From: an uncultured Gammaproteobacteria bacterium
Lineage (GTDB): Bacteria > Patescibacteriota > Patescibacteriia > Patescibacteriales > UBA12465
Reading direction: 5' to 3'
NCBI GenBank assembly: GCA_964648205.1
Contig: CAZYNT010000006.1
Span: 1-63,568 of the forward strand
Length of the DNA: 63,568 bases
Part shown: one piece after another, positions 18,672-28,033 of the stretch
Numbering within the stretch: position 1 is the first letter of the stretch
Layout of the letters: every line of letters begins with the position of its first letter
Notes under the pieces: generated by a model
Databases searched by the model: none
What the model saw: only the letters and a program-made list of their open reading frames with translations
What the model was told of the DNA's origin: nothing
Made by a program: the position numbers and the translations under genes

Positions 18672-19916
18672 TTATTTAGTCGGAATCGGAAATTTTTCAC
18701 ATAATTCTTTTACTTTCATTTTTAACGCGGTTAATTTTTCTTCACTGTCTTTATTTTGCAAAGCCTCATCTATATACTGGGCGATTAATTGCATTTCTCC
18801 TTCTTTTAGGCCGCGCGTTGTCACGGCCGGCGTACCGATCCTAATGCCTGACGGATTCATGGGCGGGTTCGGATCATTCGGAATAGTGGAACGTGAAACC
18901 GAAACGCCAATTTTCTCTAATATTTTTTCCGCTTCTTTGCCGACCAGGCCTTTATTATTTAAATCAATAACCATTAAATGGTTATCAGTGCCGCCGGAAA
19001 TAATACGATAACCGCGATTAATAAACTCAGCTGCCATCGCTTGGGCATTTTTAATCACTTGTTTTGAATATTCAATAAATTCCGGTTTTAGCGCTTCGCC
19101 GAAAGCAACCGCTTTAGCGGCCGTAATATGGTCATGCGGTCCGCCCTGCATACCCGGAAAAACTGCGCTATTAACCTGTTTGGCGTATTTCTCTTTACAC
19201 ATGATGATGGCTCCTCTCGGTCCGCGTAAAGTTTTATGAGTAGTGGTAGAAACCACATCAAAAATCGGCACGGGATTTTTTAATTGTTTGGCGGCAATTA
19301 ATCCGGCGATATGCGCAATATCAGCAAAAGTTATTGCGCCGATTTCATCAGCGATATCTTTAAATTTCTGCCAATCAATTTCCCGCGAATAAGCGGAAAA
19401 ACCGGCGACAATCATTTTCGGCTTTTCGCGTAAAGCAATTTCTCGGACTTCATCCATATCAATCACGCCTGTTTCCGGGTTGCAGCCGTATTGGACAAAG
19501 TTATATAAGCGACCGGAAAAATTAACACTGTGGCCGTGCGATAAATGGCCGCCATGATCCAATTTTAACCCCAGAACTTTATCACCCGGATTTAGAAAGG
19601 CCATATAGACCGCGGCGTTAGCGGGAGAGCCGGACAAGGGTTGGACGTTAACATGTTCAGCGTCAAATAATTTCTTAGCGCGCTCAATCGCCAAAGTTTC
19701 AATCTCGTCAATATTATAATTGCCGCCATAATAGCGCTTGCCGCTGTAGCCTTCGCTATATTTATTCGTCAAAACCGTAGCCATAGCTTCAAGTACCGCC
19801 GGAGAAACATAATTTTCCGAAGCGACAAGTTCCAGTTCTTCATTTTGCCGTCTTTCTTCTTTCTCTATTATTTGCCAAACGGCCGGATCTTGTTGTTTTA
19901 AGTGGTCATATTTCAT
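18672..19916 (-). CDS. glyA: serine hydroxymethyltransferase
   Basis: LELVASENYVS and the PLP site TTTHKTLRGPRG. Confidence 0.97.
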   Translation of the reverse strand: MKYDHLKQQDPAVWQIIEKEERRQNEELELVASENYVSPAVLEAMATVLTNKYSEGYSGKRYYGGNYNIDEIETLAIERAKKLFDAEHVNVQPLSGSPANAAVYMAFLNPGDKVLGLKLDHGGHLSHGHSVNFSGRLYNFVQYGCNPETGVIDMDEVREIALREKPKMIVAGFSAYSREIDWQKFKDIADEIGAITFADIAHIAGLIAAKQLKNPVPIFDVVSTTTHKTLRGPRGAIIMCKEKYAKQVNSAVFPGMQGGPHDHITAAKAVAFGEALKPEFIEYSKQVIKNAQAMAAEFINRGYRIISGGTDNHLMVIDLNNKGLVGKEAEKILEKIGVSVSRSTIPNDPNPPMNPSGIRIGTPAVTTRGLKEGEMQLIAQYIDEALQNKDSEEKLTALKMKVKELCEKFPIPTK

Positions 19917-19986
19917 AAATTTAACCCTAATTTTACACTCTTAATCTTAGTTTAGGAGAGGGGTTTTGTCAAAAAGGCTTTTTTAC

Positions 19987-20015
19987 AAAAAAAGAACCTG
20001 TCCGTAAACAGGTTC
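19987..20015 (-). terminator. rho-independent terminator of the 256-aa orphan gene
   Basis: The minus strand reads GAACCTGT-TTACGG-ACAGGTTC followed by TTTTTTT. Confidence 0.8.
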
Positions 20016-20044
20016 AAAAGGATATAAGTTTCAAGTAACAAGCT

Positions 20045-20815
20045 TTAGGACTCGCAAGAAACTGTCTCACGAAGACCGATGCGGCCACTGGCATCAGCGA
20101 GACGGCACCAATAGACGCAGACCCTAACATCGCCGGAAACGAAGTAGACGCGAGGCACTCCGCCGTCGAAACCGCGCGAACCGGTACACAAAGTATTTCC
20201 GTTAACATCGAGATGCTTGTTTTTTTTATCTTTATTTTCATCCCAATATTTAAAGCCGTGAATCAGGCGTTCAAGTAATGTTTCACCGGAGACGTTATTG
20301 TCCTTTGCCCAGTTAGCTGATCGGTTACGATATTTCTGATCAGGCTCAACAGTATCACGTACCCAAATGGCATACGCGCCATTACTGGCATCGCGATCAT
20401 TATGGATAATCGCTGCATCCAGATCATTAGTATATACCCAGGTTTTAAAATAATTGCGCTGGACGGCGACGACGCTGTTTGGCGAGATTCCTGGGACAAC
20501 AATGAGCAAACGTTTGAAGCCGGGTTTCGGCGTGGGGATTTTTACGGCCGAGAGATCAATAGCTATGTGGAAATATTTGACGTAAAAATCCTGCCAGGAT
20601 TTTTTCAGGTCGTCGTAGTTGGCGTTAATGGCTACTGCTTCCAAGAAAAGCGCGACGATTTTTTTGGCTTTTTCGTTACCGCCTTTTCCGCGGAGTTGCT
20701 TCATCATCTCAACGGTAAAACCATTTTTCTCCAAAACCTGGAGGGTCGCGATTATCTCGCTGAACTGGACAGTCCACAGACCGTCTTTGTTCTTCTTTGA
20801 GAATTTTTTTCCCAT
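20045..20815 (-). CDS. hypothetical protein, 256 aa, Trp/Cys-rich C-terminus
   Basis: Strong AAGGAGA Shine-Dalgarno about 8 nt upstream of the ATG, and its own terminator. The region is unusually stop-poor in several frames. No family recognised. Confidence 0.6.
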   Translation of the reverse strand: MGKKFSKKNKDGLWTVQFSEIIATLQVLEKNGFTVEMMKQLRGKGGNEKAKKIVALFLEAVAINANYDDLKKSWQDFYVKYFHIAIDLSAVKIPTPKPGFKRLLIVVPGISPNSVVAVQRNYFKTWVYTNDLDAAIIHNDRDASNGAYAIWVRDTVEPDQKYRNRSANWAKDNNVSGETLLERLIHGFKYWDENKDKKNKHLDVNGNTLCTGSRGFDGGVPRVYFVSGDVRVCVYWCRLADASGRIGLRETVSCES

Positions 20816-21095
20816 TTTTTGGTTCTCCTTTTGGTTTTGTGCCTTCGCCTCTTATCTCTTATAAGTAGCTTGGCTGGTTAATACTAATTTTTAATATACA
20901 AATCTGTCTAAAAAGACATTATATTATTTAACTACTTTATTGAAGCTATATCAATATATTAAAAATGTACAATTTTCTTTAAAAATTTTGCCTTATATTA
21001 AATAAAATCGTCTATAATTTTGTCTTTACCTCTATTTTAACATCTCATCATAGACATTGTGTTATACTTGTTTAATAAAAAATTAAGCCTATCTT

Positions 21096-21593
21096 ATGAC
21101 AAAAATTTATGCTTTTATTGATGGTCAAAATTTAAACCTTGGCATTTTGGGTCAAGGCTGGAAATTGGATTTTAAAAAATTCCGTGTTTATCTTAAAGAC
21201 AAATATAAAATAGAAAACGCTTTTATTTTTATTGGCTTTATAAAAGAGAACAGAGATCTTTATGATTTTTTGCGCTCAGCCGGTTTTATTTTAATTTTTA
21301 AGCCAACTCTAAAATACAAGCTTGGGAAAAAAGAAAATAATTTAAAAGGAAACGTTGACGCTGAATTAGTGCTACACTCTATGATTGAGTATAATAATTA
21401 TTGCCAAGCCATGATTATTAGCGGTGACGGCGATTTTTATTGTTTAATAAAATATCTTCTTTCAAAAAACAAGCTATTTAGAGTAATTGTTCCCGATCGA
21501 AAAAGCTACTCATCTTTGTTAAAGGGGTTCATGACAAAAATAGTCTTTATGAATACGCTTCGAGGCAAGCTGGAATACAAAAAAGCCTGCTAG
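21096..21593 (+). CDS. NYN-domain (LabA/PIN-like) putative RNase
   Basis: IYAFIDGQNLN...GNVDAELVLHSM...ISGDGDFYCLIKYL. The conserved acidic residues typical of NYN are present. TAG stop. Confidence 0.8.
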   Translation: MTKIYAFIDGQNLNLGILGQGWKLDFKKFRVYLKDKYKIENAFIFIGFIKENRDLYDFLRSAGFILIFKPTLKYKLGKKENNLKGNVDAELVLHSMIEYNNYCQAMIISGDGDFYCLIKYLLSKNKLFRVIVPDRKSYSSLLKGFMTKIVFMNTLRGKLEYKKAC

Positions 21594-21705
21594 CCAAATA
21601 GCTACAGGGCTAAATTGTGAGAAGCATTATCCTTCGGACAGAACCTTAGGCGTGTCTTCTCATCGTGATTATTAATATAATAGCACTTTAATTAACTGGG
21701 GTCAA

Positions 21706-23283
21706 CTACAGCCCCTTAACCATATAACCGTTCTTCAATTTGTAGCCCATCTTCTTGTAATATCCTCTTACGCCCACCCCAGAAATTACTGAGATACTAT
21801 TACATTTATTTTTTTTAACAATTTTTTCCGCTTCAATTAAAAACTTTCTACCTAGCCCGCTGTGCTGCGTTCCTTCTTTCCCGCCGATTGGAACTAGTTC
21901 GCCATAAACATGGAGCTCGCGAATTATGGCTGGAGCAATCGAGCTATTTTTATCAATCCGCAAACGGCAAAAACCGAATAAAATTTTTCCATCACAGCTA
22001 TCAGCGCTCAAGAAATATTCTGTCCCGCCTGACGATGAGTAACTTAGGACATTAAATTTATAATCCTTAATTATTTGATCTTTAGCTTCTCGGCAACGGA
22101 TGCAATTACATTTCACACCCCGCTGCTGCATGACTTGGCGTAAATTAGTAATTTTATTGCCGGCGATGATTGATTCTTCCGGAATGTCACGAATTAAGCG
22201 GATGATACGGACATAATTCGGCACATTTTTCTTACAATCAACAATTAATTGTTGTAAAACTTTATCGCTATATGGCTTATACTTCCCTTGTTTATACCAT
22301 TTATACAAAAGACTGCCCTTAGTAACGACTGTGGGGTAGAATTTTATTTGATCGGGCTGAAATCTTTCATTAGAAAATAATTTCTTAAACAATTCCAAAT
22401 CTTTCTTGGGGCTAGCGCCAGGGAGTGCGGGCATCAGATGATAAGTAACTTTAAAACCAAATTGTTTTAGAAGTTTGGTTGCGCCAGCGATTTCTTTTAC
22501 ACCATGGCCGCGTTTGTTTAGGCTTAAAATTTTATCATCAATCGCTTGCACACCAATTTCAACGCGGGTACAACCTAAATCACGCATTTCTCTAAGCTCT
22601 TTCTCATTAATATAGTCGGGGCGAGTCTCTAGTGTTACGCCAATAAGATTATATTTGGCGCCTTCATTCTTTTTTTGCTCCCGCGCTAATAATTTTTTTA
22701 GCTCATCAAAATTTAAACTTTTTTTATAAAAATTTTTATAGTTAATTTCCTTTTTTTGAAAATCATTGGCTGCTTTAAAACAATTTAGGATATACCAATA
22801 CTTGTACTTGGCTGGTAAATAACTCCAAGTGCCGCCAATCACGATTAATTCAATCTTGGTAGGGTTATGGCCATTGTTTTCTAGTGCCTTCAACCTGGAT
22901 AATACTTGGCGATAAGGATCGTAGTTGCAGCGAATCGCGCGCATTACCGCCGGTTCGTTAGAAAGATAGCTGGCCGGCACATCTGATTCGTGCGGGCAAT
23001 AGGCGCAGGCGCCGGGACAAGAATATGGCTTCGTTAGAACCGCAACTGGGGCGATGCCCGACATTGTGCGCACCGATCGTTTCCGTAATATTTTTTCAAT
23101 CGGTTCAATAGTTTTCATTTTTCCCTCTTTAAGCAAAGACCGATATTCTCTTAAAATATCCGAATTCAAAATCGCGACCAATCTGTATTTTTTACAAATC
23201 AGCCTTTTTACTCCTTCTAAGTCCTCGCGATTTTTTATTTTGCGGGCGTATTTATCGAGCAATTCTTTTATTGCCTCTCCCAT
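21706..23283 (-). CDS. elp3: Elp3-type radical SAM/GNAT enzyme (tRNA U34 carboxymethylation family)
   Basis: 525 aa. Radical SAM cluster motif CPGACAYCP, an Elp3-like central region (GCTRVEIGVQAIDD, YHLMPALPG) and a C-terminal GNAT motif QHSGLGRKFL. Confidence 0.85.
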   Translation of the reverse strand: MGEAIKELLDKYARKIKNREDLEGVKRLICKKYRLVAILNSDILREYRSLLKEGKMKTIEPIEKILRKRSVRTMSGIAPVAVLTKPYSCPGACAYCPHESDVPASYLSNEPAVMRAIRCNYDPYRQVLSRLKALENNGHNPTKIELIVIGGTWSYLPAKYKYWYILNCFKAANDFQKKEINYKNFYKKSLNFDELKKLLAREQKKNEGAKYNLIGVTLETRPDYINEKELREMRDLGCTRVEIGVQAIDDKILSLNKRGHGVKEIAGATKLLKQFGFKVTYHLMPALPGASPKKDLELFKKLFSNERFQPDQIKFYPTVVTKGSLLYKWYKQGKYKPYSDKVLQQLIVDCKKNVPNYVRIIRLIRDIPEESIIAGNKITNLRQVMQQRGVKCNCIRCREAKDQIIKDYKFNVLSYSSSGGTEYFLSADSCDGKILFGFCRLRIDKNSSIAPAIIRELHVYGELVPIGGKEGTQHSGLGRKFLIEAEKIVKKNKCNSISVISGVGVRGYYKKMGYKLKNGYMVKGL

Positions 23284-23354
23284 ATATTTCCTGATATACT
23301 TAAATTATCTTCCTGCTAACAATACCTTATTTTTTATAATTTAACAATATCTCT

Positions 23355-24497
23355 ATGAAGAAAAAAATTACAAAAATTCTTCTATTATTAGCCCTAATCT
23401 TACTTCCATTAGGGGCCGCTAAGGCCATAGGAACAAAAACCGGCAATTCGGTTTATGTGGCGAAGGATGAGATTATAAGCGGTAATTTCTATGCCGCGGG
23501 CAATAATATCACAATAGACGGCACAATCAGCGGCGACTTGATTGCCGCCGCCCAGACCATAAGCGTCAATGGCCGAGTTGAGGGCGACATTATCGCCGCC
23601 GCCCAAGATATCAATATCAACGGCGAAGTTGGCGGTAATGTCCGCGTCGCCGGTAATTCAATTTCCCTTGATGGCTTGGTCGCGCGCAATGTTAATGCCT
23701 TTGGCTCTAATGTTATTCTGGGAAACAACAGCCAAATCGGTTGGGACGTAATCGTAGCTGGGGTGAACTTCGAATCTCGCGGCAATATCGCCGGCGGACT
23801 GTCCGGTAGCATGGGGCGCGCTCTTATCTCCGGAAAAATTGCTAAGGATCTTGATCTAAAAATGTCAGAAAACGGTTTTAATGAGGGCCTAACAATTTTG
23901 CCCGAAACAAATATCGGCGGAGAGGTTAATTATGTTTCTAAAAAGCCCGCCCAAATTTCCGATAAAGCTAAAATCGGCGGCCAGGTCGAACAAAAAGTGC
24001 CACAAACAAAATCAACTAACTGCTTAGCTGTTTGGGCTTGGGCAAAACTTTATTCTATCTTTTCCGCTCTGGTCGTTGGCTTAGTGTTAATATTTTTAGG
24101 AAGAAAAATTACTCCGAAGGTATTAGAAAAAATCGAAGCCAAACCTCTGAAAATGGTATTGCCCGGTTTATTAATAATGTTTGTTCTCCCCCCGGTTGCT
24201 CTTGTTCTCGCTTTTACCATCATTGGCATACCCATGGCTTTAATTATTTCCGCCTGGTGGTTAGTGGCTACTTATGTGGCCAAGATCATAACCGCTATTT
24301 TAGTAGGACAGTTAATATTAAAGGCTTTAATTAAAAAGAGTACGCCTAAACTTATCTGGTCATTAATTTTGGGCGTAACTGTTTCATGGTTATTATTCGC
24401 CATCCCTTTTGTCGGCTGGATACTTGGCTTATTCGCTATCTGGCTCGGCTTAGGCGGCATTTGGACTTATGCTTCCAATCAATTCCGAAATCTTTAA
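23355..24497 (+). CDS. membrane protein with N-terminal bactofilin-like (polymer-forming) beta-helical repeats and a C-terminal polytopic domain
   Basis: Signal peptide, then repeats such as ITIDGTISGDLIAAAQTISVNGRVEGDIIAAAQDININGEVGGNVRVAG, then about 5 TM helices. Confidence 0.6.
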   Translation: MKKKITKILLLLALILLPLGAAKAIGTKTGNSVYVAKDEIISGNFYAAGNNITIDGTISGDLIAAAQTISVNGRVEGDIIAAAQDININGEVGGNVRVAGNSISLDGLVARNVNAFGSNVILGNNSQIGWDVIVAGVNFESRGNIAGGLSGSMGRALISGKIAKDLDLKMSENGFNEGLTILPETNIGGEVNYVSKKPAQISDKAKIGGQVEQKVPQTKSTNCLAVWAWAKLYSIFSALVVGLVLIFLGRKITPKVLEKIEAKPLKMVLPGLLIMFVLPPVALVLAFTIIGIPMALIISAWWLVATYVAKIITAILVGQLILKALIKKSTPKLIWSLILGVTVSWLLFAIPFVGWILGLFAIWLGLGGIWTYASNQFRNL

Positions 24498-25842
24498 GGC
24501 TTACGACATCAGAGGTATTTACGGTCAGGACTTCGATAATGAAATGGCCTATCTTTTAGGCTTGGCTTTTATTGAGCTTAGAAAAAACGACCCCGATTAC
24601 AACCCCAATAAAAAATTACAAATCGCTATTGGCGCTGATATGCGACTGTCTTCTCCGGCTATTAAAGAAAATTTAATACGCGGAATTACTAACGCCGGAG
24701 CCGATGCGATTGATTTAGGTCTGGTAGCTACGCCAACTTTCTATTTTGCCGTCGCTAAATATAATTATGACGGCGGGGTTATGGTCTCCGCCTCTCATAA
24801 CCCCAAAGAATGGAACGGTTTCAAATTAGTCCGCGCTAAAGGCATTCCAATCAGCGGCGAAACGGGGATAAACTTTATCAAAGACAAAATCCTTGTTAAC
24901 CATTTTTTACCGGCCGCTGTTAAGGGCGAGGTGCTACATAATGATAATGCTTTAAAAGATGAACTTGAGTATACTTGGAGTTTGATTGATGTAAAAAAGA
25001 TAAAAAACATTAAAATTATTGCTGATACGGCTAACGGTATGGGCGCCACCTATCTCGAACCAATCCTAGCGGCTGTCCCAGGAGAAGCTATTCCTCTTAA
25101 CTTTAAATTGGACGGAAATTTCCCGGCTCACGAGGCCGACCCGCTTAAAGAAGAAAATCTGGAAGAATTAAAAAAGGCGATTTTTGAAAAAAAAGCTGGG
25201 CTAGGCATTTCTAGTGATGGTGACGGCGACAGAATTTTCTTTGTTGACAACCTTGGAGAAACGATTAATCCGGCAATTATCCGTGGCCTGCTCGCCCAGT
25301 CTTTTTTAACGGATAAACCGGGTGCGAAAATCGGCTATGATGTCCGCCCCGGCAAAATCACGCCCGATTTAATTCAGGCGGCTGGAGGAATTCCGGTGGT
25401 AACCCGGGTTGGACATTCTCTTATTAAAGAACAAATGATCAAAGAAGACATTTATTTCGCCGGCGAGTCTTCGGGTCATTTTTATTTTAATAGCCCTCTC
25501 GGTTGTTTTGAATTCCCAAGCTTAATGATTCTAAAATTATTAATTATTTTCTCAGCCAGCGATTTGCCCATATCAGAACAAGTCGCTCCTTATAAAAAAT
25601 ATTTCCTGTCGGGAGAGATAAACCGCGTCGTAGCGAATAAAGACGACGTCTTTAGGCAAATTGAGACTAAATATGCCGATGGAAAAATTACTAAACTTGA
25701 TGGCATTTCCGTAGAATACCCCGACTTTTGGTTTAATGTCAGAGGCTCAAACACCGAACCGAAAATACGTCTAAATCTTGAAGCAACTAGCCAAAAATTA
25801 ATGGCCGAAAAAAGAGACGAGATTCTTGAGCTAATAAAATAA
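24469..25842 (+). CDS. phosphomannomutase/phosphoglucomutase
   Basis: Active-site SASHNPKEWNGFK and metal loop SSDGDGDR. It overlaps the previous gene by 29 nt. Confidence 0.9.
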   Translation: MLPINSEIFKAYDIRGIYGQDFDNEMAYLLGLAFIELRKNDPDYNPNKKLQIAIGADMRLSSPAIKENLIRGITNAGADAIDLGLVATPTFYFAVAKYNYDGGVMVSASHNPKEWNGFKLVRAKGIPISGETGINFIKDKILVNHFLPAAVKGEVLHNDNALKDELEYTWSLIDVKKIKNIKIIADTANGMGATYLEPILAAVPGEAIPLNFKLDGNFPAHEADPLKEENLEELKKAIFEKKAGLGISSDGDGDRIFFVDNLGETINPAIIRGLLAQSFLTDKPGAKIGYDVRPGKITPDLIQAAGGIPVVTRVGHSLIKEQMIKEDIYFAGESSGHFYFNSPLGCFEFPSLMILKLLIIFSASDLPISEQVAPYKKYFLSGEINRVVANKDDVFRQIETKYADGKITKLDGISVEYPDFWFNVRGSNTEPKIRLNLEATSQKLMAEKRDEILELIK

Positions 25843-25851
25843 GCTGATAAC

Positions 25852-25887
25852 AAAAAAGCCCGGCTTATTTAGCCGGGTCTTTTTTTA
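25852..25887. terminator. bidirectional terminator between convergent pgm-like and glmS genes
   Basis: AAAAAGCCCGGCT-TATTT-AGCCGGGTCTTTTTTT. Confidence 0.8.
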
Positions 25888-25898
25888 TAATAATATTT

Positions 25899-27698
25899 CT
25901 ATTCAACAGTCACCGCCTTGGCTAAATTTCTCGGTTTATCAACGTCCAGCCCCTTGCTGTCGGCGATATGGTAAGCCAACAGCTGCAAAGGAATAACGTT
26001 GACAATCGGCGATAATAATTTATTGGCCACCGGCACTCTTATTAAATAATCGGCTAATTTTTTAATATCTCCGTAATCCTGATCAACAACGGCCACAATT
26101 ATCCCTCCGCGCGCCTTAATCTCTTGCATGTTACTGATAATTTTATCCGACAAGTCGTTCTTGGTCGCTAAAAAGACAACCGGCATTTTGGTATCAACCA
26201 GTGCAATCGGCCCGTGCTTGATTTCCGCCGCCGGATATCCTTCGGCGTGAATATAAGAAATTTCTTTAAGCTTTAAGGCTCCTTCCAAAGCCACCGGAAA
26301 ATTCAAACCGCGGCCCAAATAAAGAAAGTTGCTGGTGTCTTTGAACTTCCTGGCTATTCTTTTAACCGCCGAATCAGCCTCTAAAGCCTTGCCGACAATT
26401 TTGGGCAGGAGCAGCAGGTCTTTCAATAATTTTTTATCAAGAACCTCTCCTTTGTCTTGTTTTAAATTCAGGGCGAATAACAGCAGGGCGGCGACTTGTG
26501 CAGTAAAGGCTTTGGTGCTCGCGACGCCAATCTCTGGCCCGGCGTGAAGATAAATTCCCGAGTCGACTTCACGCGTGACGGTTGAACCGACAACATTAAC
26601 TATGCCCAGTGTTTGCGCTCCTTTCTTTTTAGCCTCACGCAGAGCCGCCAAGGTATCAGCGGTTTCTCCGGACTGAGAAATAACGATTATTAAATCGTCT
26701 TTATCAACCAGAGGGTTACGATAACGGAATTCGGAAGCATAATCAACCGTAACCGGAATACGCGTAATTTCTTCAATCAAATATTTGCCGATTAGAGCTG
26801 AGTGCCAGCTCGTTCCGCAGGCGGCAATGATTATTCTTTTCAGTTTTCCCTGACTAATGTTAACCGAGAGTTTGATTTTATTATTCTTTATCCGACCGCT
26901 TAAAACATTGCTCAGGCTATCGGGCTGCTCAAAAATCTCCTTAAGCATAAAATGCTTAAAGCCCTTCTTTTCAATGGCCGAGGCGCTCATTTTTACTTCT
27001 TCAATCTCGCGATCTAAGGTCTGCCCGGATAAATTTTTTATTTTACAGCCCGCTGCGGTGACAACCGCCAAATCATCGTCTTTTAAATAAATAACTTTTT
27101 TAGTGTATTGGAGCAAAGCCGGTATATCGGAAGCGATAAAGGTTTCCCGCTGGCCGACGCCGATAATAAGCGGCGAGCTTTTACGGGCGGCCACCAATTT
27201 ATTCTCTTTTTCACATATTGCAACCAGCCCGTATGAACCCTCTACCAGGGACAGGGCTTTAGCCACCGCCTTTTCTAAATTTCCCTGATAAAATTTTTCA
27301 ATTAAGTGCGCCAAAACTTCCGAGTCGGTTTCTGAAGAAAATTTATGCCCCTCTTTAATTAATACTTTCTTAAGCACCTGGTGATTTTCAATGATTCCAT
27401 TATGGACAACCGCAATCTTTTTTCGGCAGTCAAAGTGGGGATGGGCGTTTTTTTCACTCGGAGCGCCGTGGGTCGCCCAGCGCGTATGCGCGATACCGAT
27501 TATTCCCTGGCTGGCTTCGGCGGCCGTTGCCTTTTCTAGCCCGGCCACTGGACCGACTTTTTTTTGGGTAATAAGGCTGCCATTGTCTAAAATACAAATG
27601 CCGGCGCTATCATAGCCCCTATATTCTAATCTCTTCAAGCCTTCGATCAGAATATTTTTAACAGGCTTGGTTCCCAAATAACCAATAATCCCGCACAT
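25899..27698 (-). CDS. glmS: glutamine--fructose-6-phosphate aminotransferase
   Basis: N-terminal MCGIIGY and two SIS domains. 599 aa, ending ...AKAVTVE. Confidence 0.97.
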   Translation of the reverse strand: MCGIIGYLGTKPVKNILIEGLKRLEYRGYDSAGICILDNGSLITQKKVGPVAGLEKATAAEASQGIIGIAHTRWATHGAPSEKNAHPHFDCRKKIAVVHNGIIENHQVLKKVLIKEGHKFSSETDSEVLAHLIEKFYQGNLEKAVAKALSLVEGSYGLVAICEKENKLVAARKSSPLIIGVGQRETFIASDIPALLQYTKKVIYLKDDDLAVVTAAGCKIKNLSGQTLDREIEEVKMSASAIEKKGFKHFMLKEIFEQPDSLSNVLSGRIKNNKIKLSVNISQGKLKRIIIAACGTSWHSALIGKYLIEEITRIPVTVDYASEFRYRNPLVDKDDLIIVISQSGETADTLAALREAKKKGAQTLGIVNVVGSTVTREVDSGIYLHAGPEIGVASTKAFTAQVAALLLFALNLKQDKGEVLDKKLLKDLLLLPKIVGKALEADSAVKRIARKFKDTSNFLYLGRGLNFPVALEGALKLKEISYIHAEGYPAAEIKHGPIALVDTKMPVVFLATKNDLSDKIISNMQEIKARGGIIVAVVDQDYGDIKKLADYLIRVPVANKLLSPIVNVIPLQLLAYHIADSKGLDVDKPRNLAKAVTVE

Positions 27699-27713
27699 AT
27701 TTTTTAATAAAAT

Positions 27714-27977
27714 TTATTTCCTTTCCACCTCAATAGTACATTTGGTCATCAGCGCCGCCAATGCGCCGATAGCAGCCAAAACGGGAGCAAAAAAAGCGCC
27801 AACAACGACAAAGGTTACCGGAACCTCCATCATGACGTTGCCTTTTTCATTTTTAATGATTATCCGGCGGATATTTCCCTCTTTGATCAATTCCTTAATT
27901 TTTTTAACCAGCTCGTGTCCGTAAACTTTGAATTGTTCTTTGGAGGAAGAGCTCTTTTTTGTTTGTTTTTTAGGCAT
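27714..27977 (-). CDS. DUF4342-like small protein
   Basis: 87 aa. The KKIKELIKEGNIRRIIIKNEKGNVMMEVPV pattern with a hydrophobic tail resembles DUF4342 (from memory). Confidence 0.55.
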   Translation of the reverse strand: MPKKQTKKSSSSKEQFKVYGHELVKKIKELIKEGNIRRIIIKNEKGNVMMEVPVTFVVVGAFFAPVLAAIGALAALMTKCTIEVERK

Positions 27978-28033
27978 AAATTTATTTTTTATTTTATAGT
28001 TTAATTATAGCGCATGTCCGCGCATTAGAAAAA

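Noticed and set aside
27699-27713. A glmS ribozyme upstream of glmS, and T-box leaders upstream of valS, pheS and trpS.
   Set aside because: glmS is preceded by only 15 nt. The aaRS upstream regions (45209-45330, 48345-48353, 59456-59593) are short and lack the conserved T-box sequence or a specifier-hairpin architecture as far as I can see.
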